In this document: positions 12,571-26,978 of the stretch, one piece after another
Position numbering within the stretch: position 1 is the first letter of the stretch
How the letters are laid out: the number at the start of each line of letters is the position of its first letter
NCBI GenBank assembly: GCA_038087875.1
Contig: JAXLNO010000038.1
Span: 1-64,000 of the forward strand
DNA: 64,000 nt
Direction: 5' to 3'
Source: Malacoraja senta
Taxonomy: Eukaryota
Notes under the pieces: model-generated
What the model was told of the DNA's origin: nothing
The model's input: the letters and a program-made list of their open reading frames with translations, nothing else
Databases searched by the model: none
Position numbers and translations under genes: made by a program

Positions 12571-13618
12571 ATTAAAGATTGAGGTGGCAAATTTGAAGTT
12601 AAGCCTGACACCAGGAAACAAGAAATTTAGATCATGCTTTGTGGACCATCGATGACATGTTCAATAGCTTTTCGGAGGAGGAAGTGAAACAAAAACAGTG
12701 CAGATTTTGTTTAATAAAAGAATCAATCCCTGTAAGGGGAAGGATTATCTTTAACCCTAGCTAGAGCCTTATGGGGTTGGAAGCGTAGCTAGATATGTCC
12801 AGCTGATTTCCCAATGAGGCAAGAGGGTGATCCTACAACAGTGTGTGCTAACAATTTCAAATCAGGTAACTAAAGAGATTGAATAATAATCGGCATTTTC
12901 TCAGCAATTAAAAAAATATATATATATTTTAAAAGTAGGCTTCCTCTAATGGCTCATTTGTAGTGCTCAGGCAGAGCAGAGGCTTCAAGTCGGATTGCCT
13001 GAGTCAGCTGATTATGGCTGGTTTTTCAAAGGATTTCCGCATGTCTCCTGTGGAGTATGTGTGGGATGCCAGACCCTTGCTTGTTCTACTTTCCAGGGCC
13101 TCTTGCTACAAAGTACTTGCAGGCATGTCTTCATTGAGCTCATCATTTTTTAATGGCTCAGAAAGATGAGCGTGTAAACGAGCACCAAGCTAAGATGTTT
13201 TACGACATCTTGTAGTCATAACTTTTATCATTACTTTTGTCATAATGCACAAAAATAAATTATCTCATTTTTCAGAGATGATACAATGCATCTTAATAAT
13301 GATGAAACATGCACCTTAAATCCTGGCTCCATATTGAACTACTTCATCCGTATAGCAGGCATGTTTTAGCTAATATAAAACTTGGAAGAGGAGGAAATAA
13401 TGATTGTGGTTACTGAGAACAAAACTTTCTCTACCTTTTTCATTGATTCCAGTTTTCATTTCTGCACCCGACATAATGCAAAGCCATACCTGTGACAGTA
13501 AAGAGTCATCTATATATGAATTGTTTCCCCAGTATGTCATGGATTAAAGAATCAGTCATAGTTCTGTTCACAGGCTTGATGAGGAGTAGAACATTCACTT
13601 TTGATATGTGTTCTTTAG

Positions 13619-13719
13619 TAAACGAGGAAAAATCACAGCTAATTTCTACATCGCACAGCAATATCCCACTAACTGCAACAACTCATACGACCAGTGCATT
13701 AGTTTATGTTGGTTGAGAG
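13619..13719 (+). CDS. Candidate host exon (unidentified gene)
   Basis: TTCTTTAG acceptor and GAG|GTAAAT donor in unique sequence; reading frame not certain. Confidence 0.3.
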
Positions 13720-14715
13720 GTAAATATCGGCAAGCACATCAGAGCAAATCAAGTCATAGGAAATCAAGGAACAGAAGAAAGCCATTTGACCCATTGTGTC
13801 TGTGATGGTCAATAAGGTTCTTTAGGCTAATCCCACTTCCTAGTTCTCACTCTGTGGCCTTGTCGTTATGCTGCTTCAAATGTTCCACCAGTTGCTTCTT
13901 AAATATGATTAGAGTTTCTGCCTCTATTTTCAGGAAATATTCCTGCTAAATATACTTCAAATTATAAAATTACCTCTTCTAATCCTTCACACTTGTCAAA
14001 TCCAGGGGCCCTCTTTCAAGTTCACCCAGTGCAATTATATATTCTTTGATTAAATCTCCATTCAGCCTCAAACAAAAACAAAAATGCTGTACACTGTCAT
14101 CATGTCAGACGGCATCTGTGGAGAAAGAAAATCAACATTTCAGATTTTCATGAAGGGTCATTGACTGAATTATTATTTTTTTCTCTTTGCACAGATACTG
14201 CCTGACCTGCTAAGTAAACAGAATTTATATATTTTTCTTTCCGTTGACCAATATTGCAGTTTTTTACTCCATTCTCAAATATGATTCCAACCTGTAAGCT
14301 TCAGATTCGGCTATCAATTGAGCTGTGGCTATTATCTGGTACAGTCAACAGCCACAGCCGTTTCAAGAAGGGTCTCGACCCGAAACGTCACCCATCCTTC
14401 TATCCAGAGATGCTGCCTGTCCCGCTGAGTTACTCCAGCATTTTGTGTCTATCTTCCATGATTCAATGAATGTTTTTCCATGTTTGGGGTGTCTGACTAA
14501 AAAGGAGTGATTTGTCATGGAACAAAGGACACTTTTGTATATAAAAGCAGGTCCATTAAGGTCACAGGCCTGTGGATGAGATGGTTAAGATGGCACTTGG
14601 GCTAATTTACTTTTAATGGAAGAATAGGGAGGATTCAATGGCACCAGAGTGAATATGGAAGAGATTTATGACGATGCAGGATTTAAGCTGTGAAACAAGG
14701 TTGGAGAGGATTAGT

Positions 14716-15161
14716 GTTTAAGAAGGAACTGCAGATGCTGGAAAATCGAAGGTAGACAAAAATGTTGGAGAAACTCAGCGGGTGAGGCAGCATCTATGGA
14801 GCGAAGGAAATGGGCAATGTTTCAGGTCGAAACCCTTCAGACTGATGTGAGGGTGGGAGGGCAGGAAGAAGAAAGGAAGACGAGGAGCCAGTGGGCTGAG
14901 GAAGAGCTGGGAAGGGGAGGAGAAAGCAGGGACTACCTGAAATTGGAGGTCAATGTTCATACCACTGGGGTGTAAACTGCCCAAGCGAAATATCAGGTGC
15001 TGCTCCTCCAATTTACGCTGGTCCTCACTCTGGCCATGGAGGAGGCCCAGGACAGAAAGGTCGGATTCAGAATGGGAGGGGGAGTTGAAGTGCTGAGCCA
15101 CCGGGAGATCAGGTTGGTTATTGCGAACCGAAAGCCAATGTGTTCGGCGAAGCGATCACCA
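14716..15161 (-). mobile_element. Penelope-like 3' fragment with 9-bp TSD
   Basis: ORF 14775..15101 is the GIY-YIG C-terminus; AGGATTAGT at 14707-15 and 15162-70. Confidence 0.85.
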
Positions 15162-15892
15162 AGGATTAGTTATTTGCTTGGGAGAAAGTTAACTGAGATG
15201 TCTTTGAGCTACAATGTGGTGACTTGGAAGGGCCTAGTCCTCTCAGTGGAGAGCTGCATAAAAGAATGCAGATCTCAAATAAAATCACCAAATGCAAGAA
15301 ACACTTAGGAGGCCAGGCAGTATCTGTTGAGAGTGAAACAATGACCTACCATTTGGGCATAGATCAAAGGAATATGAAGGATTATGGAATTGAGGAGAAT
15401 GTTTTGCCCAGAGGCTGGTGGATCTGATGCTGTTTGCCTGAAATTGTGGTGCAAGTAGAAAGACTCATCATATGTTGAATTACTTGGATATGAAGAGTCT
15501 AGCTCCCTGACCTCCTATGGACACTGACCAAAGTAAGAAGTATAGAGAGTTATTTTACGGCTAGCACAGAACCATTGGGCTTGAACGGCTGTCTTCTATA
15601 TATATATTCTATATGTTTCTATGATTCCGAATAAGGAAGAGATGATTGGTACAAGAGATGAAAATGTGATTTCAGAAAGGTTACTGTGTAATATTTTTCA
15701 ACTGCAGAATTTTAAAAATTGTCAGAAGATCTGATGAAAGTTGTCAGATTAGTATGTGTGGCTTAACTTTATATTTGTTCCTCCTGATTTGTTTTTGATC
15801 AGCTCAGTCCTGCGTATCCATCACAACAATTTCCTTTCTTCATATAGAGGCAAGAATAGAAATGTTGCCAAAACCATAGCTATTAGATCATT

Positions 15893-16196
15893 GGGGCGGC
15901 ACGGTGGCGCAGCGGTAGAGTTGCTGCCTTACAGCGCCAGAGACCCGGGTTCGATCCTGACTACGGGTGCTGTCTGTATGGGGTTTGTACGTTCTCCCCG
16001 TGGCCTGCTTGGGTTTTCTCTGAGATCTTCGGTTTCCTCCCACACTCCGAAGACGTACAGGTTTGTAGGTTAATTGGCTTGGTATGAATGTAAAATTGTC
16101 CCTAGTGTATAGGTTAACGTTAATGTGTGGGGATCGCTGGTTGGTGGGCTGAAGGCCCTGGTTCCGTGCTGTATCTGTAAACTAAATTAAACTAAA
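15893..16196 (+). mobile_element. HE1-like tRNA-derived V-SINE with CR1-type tail
   Basis: Pol III A box TGGCGCAGCGG, B box GGTTCGATCC, GGTTTCCTCCCACA core, (AAACT)n tail. Confidence 0.85.
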
Positions 16197-16730
16197 ATCA
16201 GCCATTGAGGCCCTACAAACAAATATTCACCCATACCAGATCTCTCTGTCTTGCTGAGAAATAATCCAAAGTGTCTTGCTTCTTAGCTCTTGAAACAGCA
16301 TTAGACCAGTTTCGAAGAGTAGCATTCTAGACAGATGGAGGTGACCTCAGCATCATTTAGCAGAAGTGCCACCTGTTCTTGCATGTGGATCCTGCAAGGG
16401 AAATGTCCTCTGATTATCAACAGACCTGCAGAGCTATCAGACCACAAATGTAAACTATTATATAGAAAATATATTACAATATAAAATATTATACAAACCA
16501 TTAAACTACAATATTAGGTTACATTTGACATTTCGTCACTGACTTCTCTGAGCAAGGCTAGTCTGTCGGACTAGCCTTGTACACTGCACCCATTGCCTGA
16601 ACCAAACCTATTCTGCCCCAAAATGTATCCTGTATTATGGAGTAACTGTTTTGCTGCCACTTTGGGACCAATGTTTGCTGTCCAGTTTTGGTTTTAATGT
16701 GTTTTTCTTTCTTCTCTCTGGCCTCCTCAG

Positions 16731-18985
16731 TCAAACGCCGGGACCCAGGGTGAAACTCATTGGGTTGCTACAGTGAACACATCTACCTACAGTTCTGGCC
16801 ATTAACTTTGCTTATTGCCTTTCAAACTTCTACCTTCTGAGATTTGAATATACATACAGAACTTAAAAGAGAAGCAGAGGTACCACTGAGCTGCTCGTGT
16901 TTCACAGCCCTAATATAAATGCATTTCCTAAATGAAAGGGAGAAGTGAAAACTCACAGAATGTAAAAATAAAATGTTTTGAGATGTATCACAGTACAATG
17001 CTAAAACATATTAGTATTGTTTGCCTTTCTTTAGAATGAGCTTTATAAATATTGATCTGTAGAGTTAAAAGAGAATTCTAAATGAACTTTGACGTCTATA
17101 AATTCTTGTATATTTTTCAGTGTGCCAATTTGTAATATATTTTGTAAGTGTATATTTTTCTTAGAAGTGCTGTGATGTGTTTGGATGTGTGCGTAACCCT
17201 CTTATTCCTCAGGGTGTTAATAAAAGGACGTAGAGTTACATTAACTGCTCTGGAAAACCAAAATACCGAAGAGAGAGAGCGAGAGAGAGAGAAAAGGCAA
17301 GCATTTTGTGGAGGTTTTGTAATAAGCTGAATACTGTTGTGAAAGAGTGTAGTGAAACAGTGAAAAAAAACACAAAAAAATGTTTGCAAAAAAAAAATTG
17401 TGGGCTCTTTGCTATTTTATAGACCCTTTCTCTTGTAAATTATTCTGACCAGTTTTTGTTGTATTGTTGCAGAGGTTTTAAATATTTGTGCTTTCAAATG
17501 CTGTACGGTACCTGTAAATGTCGTTCTTGTTAACTTGATGAGTTTTTGTAATACTGTCATTTATCGAATAAATGTAAAACAGAAATTAACATTTTGAAAG
17601 AATGACTCTATGAAGACTGCATAAGCTATAGTTCAGAACCAGATCTGCATCAAAAAATTTAGCTAATTGACATTTTTGGTGTAAATTACTTTTTTAAATA
17701 AAAGTTGTTCGAAGTCAAACACACTACATTTTTACGGTACTTGGAAAATATTTCGTTGTTTTTATGGTGTTGATGCGGATAGAATTCTAATTTTTAAATC
17801 CTGTTTTTGCTACTGAATGCCATTCCCAAAAAGGCAGCTTTAATCTTATTATTATTCAAAGCTGCAGTATGTTATATAAAATATAAAATACATAGAAATA
17901 TATTTTGCAAGTGGCCTGTGTTGCACATTTGTCACTCACCCAGTACAGGTTGGTCTGCTTCTATAATATATGGTATTGGCAATTCTACAATAGTAAACAT
18001 GTTCCTATTTTTCTGGTTCATTTGACTCTTACTCTCGCATTTTACCCCCCATTTGTTGCTTTGTGCCAAATGACTTATTCCTCCACACTCCCCCCCCCCA
18101 ACCCCCCCCCCCCCCCATTACTGTTGTGGATAATTGAGAGGTCAGTAGATTAAGTGCCATGTTTTATCGCATGCTGCTATCCCTAAGCACCTGATTTTAA
18201 AGAAACGCTGTATGTTATGTAAGCCAACAATTGTGCTGGATTGAGTTGCAGATTGTAGCAGTCAGAAGATTCACACAGCACTCGGAGAGAACTGTACTTG
18301 ACACTTGCTTTTGTGGGACTTGATGCAAATTCAGTTATATGTAGTACAACCTTTGTAATATGTTCCAAATCTGTATATTTGACCATATTTTACATTGAGT
18401 ATATATAGTAAAATATGGATATATCTGTTGTAAAACTGCTGTAAGAAAATGTGATTATATACTTCAGGTGACACGCGGAATATGTAAAACTGAACAAAAC
18501 GTTTGATATTTGTTTTCTGCTGCCTTTTTTAAAAATCAATGCATTCATATCAAGTAATTATAATTTTTAATTATATAATGTATTGCAGTTTTAAATCTAA
18601 TTTGAAGGGAAATTCAGAAGAATACAGGAAATGCTCTAAATAGCACTGTCTCTGTAAGCTTATAATGAACCCATTGGGGCTCAATTTTCAGTAGTTGTTT
18701 GAGTGTGTGTTTGAAGGAACAGTTTTCTGCAAGTATTGTTAAATATTTATTTTGTATAAAGTTTGTGAAATGGTTGCATTCACCAGTGTTTTCTTTATTG
18801 TCTGGGCCATAGCCTATTGCCTGCAATCACAATTTGATGGAATGACTGCAAATGATATGAATAATTTCTTATGTTGAACGGCATTGGCAGTTTCTTCCCC
18901 TTAAACTCATGTAGAAAATCCATATCATTGTGCTGAAGTATCTCATGTTCCTTTAAATAAAAGTATAAGCAAAGCGTAACTGACA
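16731..18985 (+). other. Candidate terminal exon / long 3'UTR of a host gene
   Basis: Polypyrimidine tract and CAG at 16700-16730; TE-free and AT-rich; AATAAA at 16967, 17567, 17697 and 18956. Confidence 0.55.
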
Positions 18986-20704
18986 TGCATATATGCCTGA
19001 GGTATTGAGACGTTCAGAGACCTCTTCCTGTCCGTTAATCAGTGTTGCATACACAGTTTGTGCTGCTGAGATTGCTGTTGCAATCAGATGGAAAAACTGG
19101 TATTAAGTGGGCAACAATTTTTCTTTAAACATCACTTTCAAGATAGAAAATTCCAAAAAAATGTAAACTGCTTTGTTGATTCACTTTTGTTCTCTTCTAT
19201 AGTAATGACTGGATGCTGGAGGGTCTAATGCAGAATGGCAGCACAACCCTTAGAACTGGACCCTTGCAGCCCCATAGACCCGGGTTCAATAATGACCTTG
19301 GCTGTTGTCCAACTCTCTATAGCTGCATGGGTTTTCACTGGGTGCTCCTGTTTCCTGCTATAGTATCATTCTTTGTAACAGCCATAGACATTTAAACCAT
19401 GGAAGGGGTCAGGAGTTGAGGGAGCATTCAACCTTGCATCAGCTTTCTTCAGTGACTCTCTTCAGATTTCAGCAGATTTAGAAAAATAGAAAATAGTAGG
19501 CCATTCAGCCCTTCGAGCCAGCACCGCCATTCAATATGATCAAGGCTGATCATCCAAACTCAATACCCTGTTCCTGCTTTTTCCCCATATCAAGTGATTC
19601 CTTTAGCCCTACGAGCTGTACCTAACTCTCTCTTTCCCCTGTTCCTGCTTTCTCCCCATATCCCTTGATTCTGTTAGCCCCAAGAGCTAAATCTAACTCT
19701 CTTAGTTAGAGGTTGGAGCTTTGATCTCTTCGTTTTCTCTGTGTCTCCCTTTCCCCTAACTCCCAGTCTGAAGAAGGGTCTCGACTCGAAACGCCACGCA
19801 TTCCTTCTATCCAGATATGCTGCCTGTCCCACTGAGTTGCTTCAACATTTTGTGTCTATCTTCGGTGTAATCCAGCATCAGCAGTTCACTTCTGCACACA
19901 TAGAGAGTGAAATGGGCCATTAATGCTTTTCGACAAAAGATGGGGAGAATCAACAGGTAACTAACTATTCATGGCTTGTTCTCTTTCATCCCTTTCTTGT
20001 TGAATAATTTCAGTAGTGTAGCTGGACATTTTATCCCCTGCAGTTAACGAGAAAGATAATATTTCAAAAAGGAGATGTAGGAAGGGTCACTAGATAGAAG
20101 GAAGTCACTGAAGACATGAATGTGTCCCTCCGATCTCTGCTACAAATCATCTGCGGATACATTGTTGTTGGCTGTCATTCATCCCTAATAGAAGCAGATA
20201 ATAAACACTCCTGTGGTGTATAAATGCTACCCAAAGACAACCTTTCCCAATTTCACACTTCTTGTGATTGCATAGATGTGACTTTGAACATATTTGTTAG
20301 AAATCAAAAGGAAAAACCCAAGCCATTTTACTCAAACAACCCACTCCTTAACCTGCCATGCATATACTTTCTGCGTTAGGCGGAACTTAATCCAACAATT
20401 ATAGATTCAAGATCTAACCTTCAGACCTTTAACTTACATAAAGTCCAAGGTAATTTCACAGTCTGCGTCTACCTGCATAGTCTGCAGATATTATCAATGG
20501 GACAACATTGCCCTTTCTTACATATTTGAGCCTGAGCTTAATGTGTCCAGAACATCAGGGAGGCTGCATAAGTAATGTAATTGAGTAGATGTGTGGATCT
20601 TGAGGCAGAACCTCCACACGCGAGCTGTACTTCCAACAGTAAGTAAACTTGACTTTTAATAATATTCTGTTGCTAGCTACATGTAACAGTGTTGTTAGTA
20701 TTAA

Positions 20705-20930
20705 AGATAGACACTAAATGCTGGATTAACTTAGCGGGACAGGCAGCATCTCTGAAGTGAAAGAATGGGTAACGTTTCGGGTCGAGACCCTCCCTCAGTC
20801 CGAGGAAGGGTCTCGACCCGAAATGTCACCCGTTCCGTCCCTTCAGAAATGCTGGTTGTCCCGCTGATTTACTCCAGCATCTTGTGCCTATCTTCGTTGT
20901 AAACCAGCATCTGCGGTTCCTTCCTGCACA
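20705..20930. mobile_element. Fold-back PLE pLTR insertion
   Basis: Inverted pLTR arms; TSD TTGTTAGTA(T/C)TAA at 20692-704 and 20931-943. Confidence 0.8.
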
Positions 20931-22262
20931 TTGTTAGTACTAAGCTTTTCTCGGCAACGTAGTAAGTTACAGGACAAGCAGTCATGGTGGCGCAGCGGAA
21001 GAGTTCCTGCCTTACAGCGAATGCAGCGCTGGAGATAGGTTGACTTCGGTTGTCATCTGTGTGGCCGAAGGTTGTCGTAGGTGTGGTCGTAGGTGGACAT
21101 CACAAGTCGCGAGGAATTGTGTCGCTGGTTGACGTAGCTTGTCGTAGCTTGACGTCGACTAGGTGGTACCTTGACGTAGACATTGTCGTAGGGTGGGTCC
21201 ATTTCGGCGTCCCGCTACGACTGTGACTCGCTGGCAGTCGCCTAAAAAATCGCCTACGTTTTAAGGAGGAGCAGCAGCAGAAATGGACATTCATGAAAGA
21301 AACAGAGGAAAAGCTGCTGAAACCACTACTGAAAGGCCACAATATGCCCAGATGGAGGGTATGGTGCCATTTCTGAGGAAGTTCTTCAGCCTGAAGAAGG
21401 GTCACAACCCAAAACGCCACTAATTCATTGTCTGACCCGCTGAGGTACTCCAGCTTTTTAGGTCTATCTGCTGTTTCCCAAGTTTACTTTGGACATTGAT
21501 GCGACAGTGAAAGATGCCGCAGAGAGGTCAGAGTAGAACTGGGATGGAGAATTAAAGTGGCAGACAACAGGGAGCACAGAATTGATCTGCAGTCCAAATA
21601 CAGGTGCTCCGTTAAGGAAGTCCAGCTGTACGAAGGTGGATAGGATACAGAAAAGCTTCACACCAATGTCACTGCAGCTGGACGACTTGAGTTATAAGGA
21701 GAAGCTGGATAGGCTGGAACTTTTCTTTTTTACCTAGATCATAGGAGGTTGAGGGATGACTTTGTAGGGCATATACAAACATGAGGGGCATGGACAAGGT
21801 AGATTGTGACGGTGTTTTTTCATAGGGTAGGGGAGTCTAAAACAGGAGGTCATAGGTTTAAGGTGTGAAGGGAAAATATAACTGGGAATTGGGGGGCAAC
21901 TATATCATATAGTATGTGGCACGAGGAAGCAGTAAAGGTGGGTAACAATTACAATGTTTAAAAGACATTTGGACAGGTACATGGATGGAAAACATCTAGA
22001 GGAATGTGGGCCAAATGAAGGCAAAAGGAATTAGCTTGGATGGACATCATGGATGAATTGGCTTGTTTCCATTCCGTATGACTCTTACTCAAAGTGGTCA
22101 GCTGATCTGTGTTTGTGTTCATTGGAAGAAAGGCACAGTAGTCACTGCTTCTCCTACGGACTTCTCAGCTCCTACATCATGAAGGGAGTGAGCCCACTGC
22201 AATATTGAAAGGGGAGAGGAGGGAAAATGTGTCTGGTGGTGGAATCTCATTGATCATGACGT

Positions 22263-22573
22263 GCGGCACGGTGGAGCAGCGGTAGAGTTGATGTCTTACA
22301 GCGTCAGAGGCCCAGGTTCGATCCCAGCTACGGGCGCTGTCTGTACGGAGTTTGTACATTCTCCCCGTGACCTGCGTGGGTTTTCTCCGAGATCTTCAGT
22401 TTCCTCCCACACTCCAAAGACGTACAGGTTTGTAGGTTAATTGGCTTGGTATAAATGTAAATTGTCCCTAGTGTGTGTAGGATAGTGTTAGTGTGCGGGG
22501 ATCGCTGGTTGGTGCGGACTTGGTGGGCCGAAGTGCCTGTTTCCATGCTGTATCTCTAAAACTAAAAACTAAA
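22263..22573 (+). mobile_element. HE1-like V-SINE
   Basis: A and B boxes, core and tail as in the 15893 copy. Confidence 0.85.
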
Positions 22574-22642
22574 ATGGAAGCTGCAAAGAATGCTCGAGTG
22601 AATGTGAAGACTGGTGAGGTGAAAAGTAAAGATCAGGTGTAG

Positions 22643-22940
22643 CTTCACACCTCCAGATTCAGGGCCAGTTTCTTCCCAGCTGTGATCAGGCAACTGAATC
22701 ATCCTACCACAGCCAGAGAGCAGACCTGAACTACTATCTACCTCATTGGTGACCCTTGGACTATTCTTGATCGGACTTTGCTGGCTTTACCTTGCACTAA
22801 ACGGTATTCCCTTATCATGTATCTATACACTGTAAATGGATTGATTGCAATCATGCATTGTCTTTCCGCTGACTGGATAGCATGCGACAAAAGCTTTTCA
22901 CTGTACCTCGGTACACATGACAATAAACCAAACTAAACTA
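22643..22940 (+). mobile_element. Rex1/RTE-type 3' end fragment
   Basis: Ends CACATGACAATAAA plus microsatellite, like the Rex1 3' end at 40.9 kb; related - strand copy at 63845-64000. Confidence 0.6.
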
Positions 22941-23627
22941 ATTATTTACCGCTATTGTACAGATTTATAACACGTTGAGTGTGTTCATTAACTAGTCTAC
23001 GCCTCTGCACATCATTGGTGACTGGACCTTTTGGTTCACCTGGCACAGGTTGGAATTCCCTCATCAAGCGTATCAACTTCTCAGCCTCTTCTTACACTTT
23101 GTACTTTTGCTGAACTGCTTCAAAGTTTCAGCAAATAACGGTTGCTTCATTAGGATTACATCTGTAAAGAGGGTTGTGTTAGGGACAGCCATGAGGAAGT
23201 CCCAGAGCTGGTAGGAATCTAACAATTTCACAATACAGCCACATTTAAGAGCTACATGTCATTTGGGTAAATCTCCTGGAGTACATCTGGACTAGTACAG
23301 AGTTTCCTTAGAGTATGGAAGACCTGATATATGGGAATCTAACTGGACACACATTCTCCCACAGATGGTTAAGGAATTTTTCAAAGTAGGAAAATAAGTC
23401 GCATCCTACATCTTTACTTATATCTTTAGGAGTTATGGAATGGCTGTGGCAGCTGCATAATTCAAAAGATAGTCAGTCTTCAAGCCAAAAATGAAACCTT
23501 GGAGAACACACTTATCAGTTCACAGTGGGATTTGGCTCACTTAGAGATTTGGTTTGGAAACTGACAAGATAGTGTTCTACTGACGTATAAAAATCTTTAT
23601 CAAACAATGCAACATCGATTGATACTT

Positions 23628-23821
23628 GTGTAGGAAGGAACTGCAGATTAAACCGTTGATAGACACAAAAGGATGGAGTAACTCAGCGAGTCAGACAGCA
23701 TCTCTGGGGAAAAGGAATAGGTAACCTTTTGGGTCGAGACCTGAAGAAGGGTCTCGACCTGAAAGGTCACCTATTCCTTTTCTCTGACCCGCTGAGTTAC
23801 TCCGGCTTTTTATATATATAT
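23628..23821. mobile_element. Fold-back PLE pLTR insertion
   Basis: Inverted arms; approximate TSD CATC(G/C)ATTGATA(C/T)TT. Confidence 0.7.
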
Positions 23822-24205
23822 CATCCATTGATATTTAAGGCTATCAAATCAAACCATTGAACATGGGACATTCTGATTCTGCGCCAGTGTGACTATACAG
23901 GAAGACAATAAATGTTCACGATAATTGACCCTCATTGCAATTTCTGATGTGTGGAAAAATTGATGGTGTTCAGGACCAGAAACCTACATGGTCAATGAGG
24001 GATCCTGTCAAAATCCCTGCTAAAATTCTCCTGGATTCATGGCCACAATTCATCAATGAAGGGACTCTCACTGACTCCACTCTTCCCATTCTTATCCCTT
24101 TTAGCTGAGTTGATCAAACACAAATTCCTTGCTGCATAGTGATGGGAAATATACAGTATATCCAGTTCTCCAGCTGTGAACTAGCCACAGTTTTACATAT
24201 TTCAG

Positions 24206-24413
24206 GTGTAGGAAGGAACTGCAGATGCTGGTTTACACCGAAGATAGACACAAAATTCCGGAGCAATTCAGCGGGACAGGCAGCATCTCTGGATAGAAGG
24301 AATGGGTGACGTTTCGGGTCGAGACCCTTCGATGCAGAGATGCTGCCTGAGTTACTCCAGCATTTTGTGTCTATCTTCGGTTTAAACCAGCATCTGCAGT
24401 TCCTTCCTTGACA
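24206..24413. mobile_element. Fold-back PLE pLTR insertion
   Basis: GGAAGGAACTGCAGATGCTGG ... CCAGCATCTGCAGTTCCTTCC inverted ends. Confidence 0.75.
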
Positions 24414-25519
24414 TTGATGAAACACAATCTTCCCTTAACAAGGCCATGCTGACTACTTGATTAATCCAAGCATTGCAATTTACATTGAATTATCCCGAAC
24501 AAAAAAAACACATGTTTCCCTAAAGTGAAAACAGTTACAAAGTTTTTGTTAATAACTATGCCAATCTCTTATGCCTCTGTGCATTGTATCTTTTTTGGTC
24601 CTTTCAGTTCCCACAGTTAAATACTCTTGTACGTTATTATGTATTGGGGGGGTGGGGGGGGGATAACTTTTTTGTGCTCGCTCTTTCTCTTTCTGTTTTC
24701 CTTTTTATTTTTAAACCTGCCCTTTGTTAACTCCTTGAGGCTGTCTTCACTATTGCGCTCTTGGTCTCTGAAATTAGCTTATTCTTTCAACATTCTTTCA
24801 ACATTCTCTTCAACATGTATTTTGGATTCCCTTTTTCTTTGTGAGAATCTTCACAACTTCCACGGTTGCCTCCCTCTGCTTTTGCCAATCACTAATCAAA
24901 AAGTACTGCTCACAGTGCTCATGTGCCAAATAACCTCCATCTTTGTAACACTGTCCTTATCTCAATTGACAAGATTTATCTCTTTGGCATTTCTCATAAT
25001 AATTGAATTGTGAATGCTACCACCTAAATCCTTTCCCATCAATGAAAAATGCTGGCAACTTCAGCATCTGTGAAAAGAGAGAGATTTAACATTGCAGGTT
25101 GAAGATGAAGGATTCAGATTCTAATGAAGGATCTTCAACCTTAAAAGTTCCTCTCCAGATATCTCACCTGCCGAGTACTTCCTGAATTTCTGTTTTTATT
25201 TCAGGTTTCTAGATCTGCAGTCATTTGATTTCCTTTCCCACCAACAACCTTTCACCTGCCCAGCCTCACTCCTGAATGTCCAGAAGAGTCCAAGGGTGAT
25301 GGGAGGAGCTGAGGGCCTGTTTCCATGTTGTTTGACTTGATGATTGTCTAACCCTCCACCCCACCTCATCTTTTTCTTACACGCGCATAGTGTTCTCCTG
25401 AATGTTGAATTTGTCCATTGTAACCGCTTGACTGAGAGTGGTCTTCTCCCTGCAACCAGCCTTGTGTGTATTCTGCACCAAAATTCTTGCAAGAATTTGA
25501 AGAGACAGATACAGTGCCA

Positions 25520-26235
25520 ATAGAAACATAGAAAATAGGTGCAGGAGTAGGCCATTCGGCCCCTCGAGCCTGCTCAACCATTCAATACGATCATGGCTGA
25601 TCATCCAACTCAGTATCCAGTACCTGCCTTCTCTCCATACCCCCTGATCCCTTTAGCCACAAGAGCCACATCTAACTCCCTCTTAAATATAGCCAATGAA
25701 CTGGCCTCAACTACCCTCTGTGGCAGAGAATTCCACAGATTCACCACTCTCTGTGTGAATCAAGAATAAAATGTTACAGCTAGGTCATTTAATATCACTT
25801 TATGTTTATCTGGTGTCTTTAATATCATGGAAATAATCATGAAGGCCTTCACAAGTTCACAAGTTATAGGAGTAGAATTAGGCCATTCGGCCCACCAAAT
25901 CTACTCCACCAATCATGGCGATCTCTGCCTCCTAATCCCATTTTCTTGCTTTCTTCACATAATCAAGAATGTGTCTATCTCTGCCTTAAAAGTATCCACT
26001 GCCTCCACAGCCCTCTGGGGCAGAGTTCCACAGATTAACTACCCTCTGACTAAAGAACTTCCTCCTCACCTCCTTTTTAAAAGAGTGCTCTTTAATTCTG
26101 AGGCTGTGACCTCTGATCCTAGACTCTCCCACAAGTGGAAACATCCTTTCCACATCCACTCCATCTATGCCTTTCATTATTCTATAATTTTCAATGAGGT
26201 TCCCCCCCTCAACCTTCTAAACTCCAGCAAGTAGG
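25520..26235 (-). mobile_element. Two CR1 3' fragments (25520-25760 and 25850-26235)
   Basis: CR1 tails; ORF 25986..26177. Confidence 0.8.
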
Positions 26236-26756
26236 TTACTGAGATGTTATCAAGCAAAGTTTGATAGTGAAGACCACAAGGATACAACTATGGGTAAGCA
26301 AAGCTGACTCAAAGAGCTGGCTTCAATGGGTGGTTTAAAGGAGGAGAGGGTGGTGCAGTGATGGAGAGGAGGCTGGGGATAAAAGTTGATGGGTAGGTTT
26401 AGGGAGAATTTCCAGAGCTAAGCTGAAAGTATATCAGCCAATGACTCTGTGGAAGGGGTCGCAATGGGAAGAGCATGTAGACCCTGCTGGAACAAGTCAA
26501 GAGAAAGGGAGGGATCAACCCATCAGGAGGGGAATCAAGGAAATATATTTTCATACAGAATTCTGTAATTCTGGCATTCACATGTAGTGGTGATAGTAGA
26601 CCATATTAGAATATTAAAAGTTGGGATGGAACTTTTTATTGTAGGCAAGAATACCAAAGAATATGGACCAACACGGGGGTGGAGTTGTTAAATTATGTTG
26701 ATATGCACATCAGACTGGCTTCATTGAATGTTGAAGCCATCAAAAATAATCAGATG

Positions 26757-26978
26757 GTAGACAAAAATGCTGGAGAAACTCAGCGGGTGAGGCAGCATCT
26801 ATGGAGCGAAGGAAATAGGCAACGTTTTGGGCCGAAACCCTTCTTCAGAATCAGTCTGAAGAAGGGTTCGACCCCAAACGTTGCCTATTTCCTTCGCTCC
26901 ATAGATGCTGCCGCACCCGCTGAGTTTCTCCAGCATTTTTGTTTACCTTCGATTTTCCAGCATCTGCAGTTCCTTCTT
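26757..26978. mobile_element. Fold-back PLE pLTR insertion with perfect 15-bp TSD
   Basis: AAAAATAATCAGATG at 26742-56 and 26979-93; inverted arms. Confidence 0.9.

Noticed and set aside
12963..13169. Possible exon or ORF
   Set aside because: No convincing donor and no recognisable protein in any frame I read
15893..15965. tRNA gene
   Set aside because: tRNA-like head of a multi-copy SINE; continues into the SINE core and tail
21040..21263. CpG-rich GTCGTAG-repeat segment as a regulatory island
   Set aside because: More likely a MITE interior remnant; termini not identifiable
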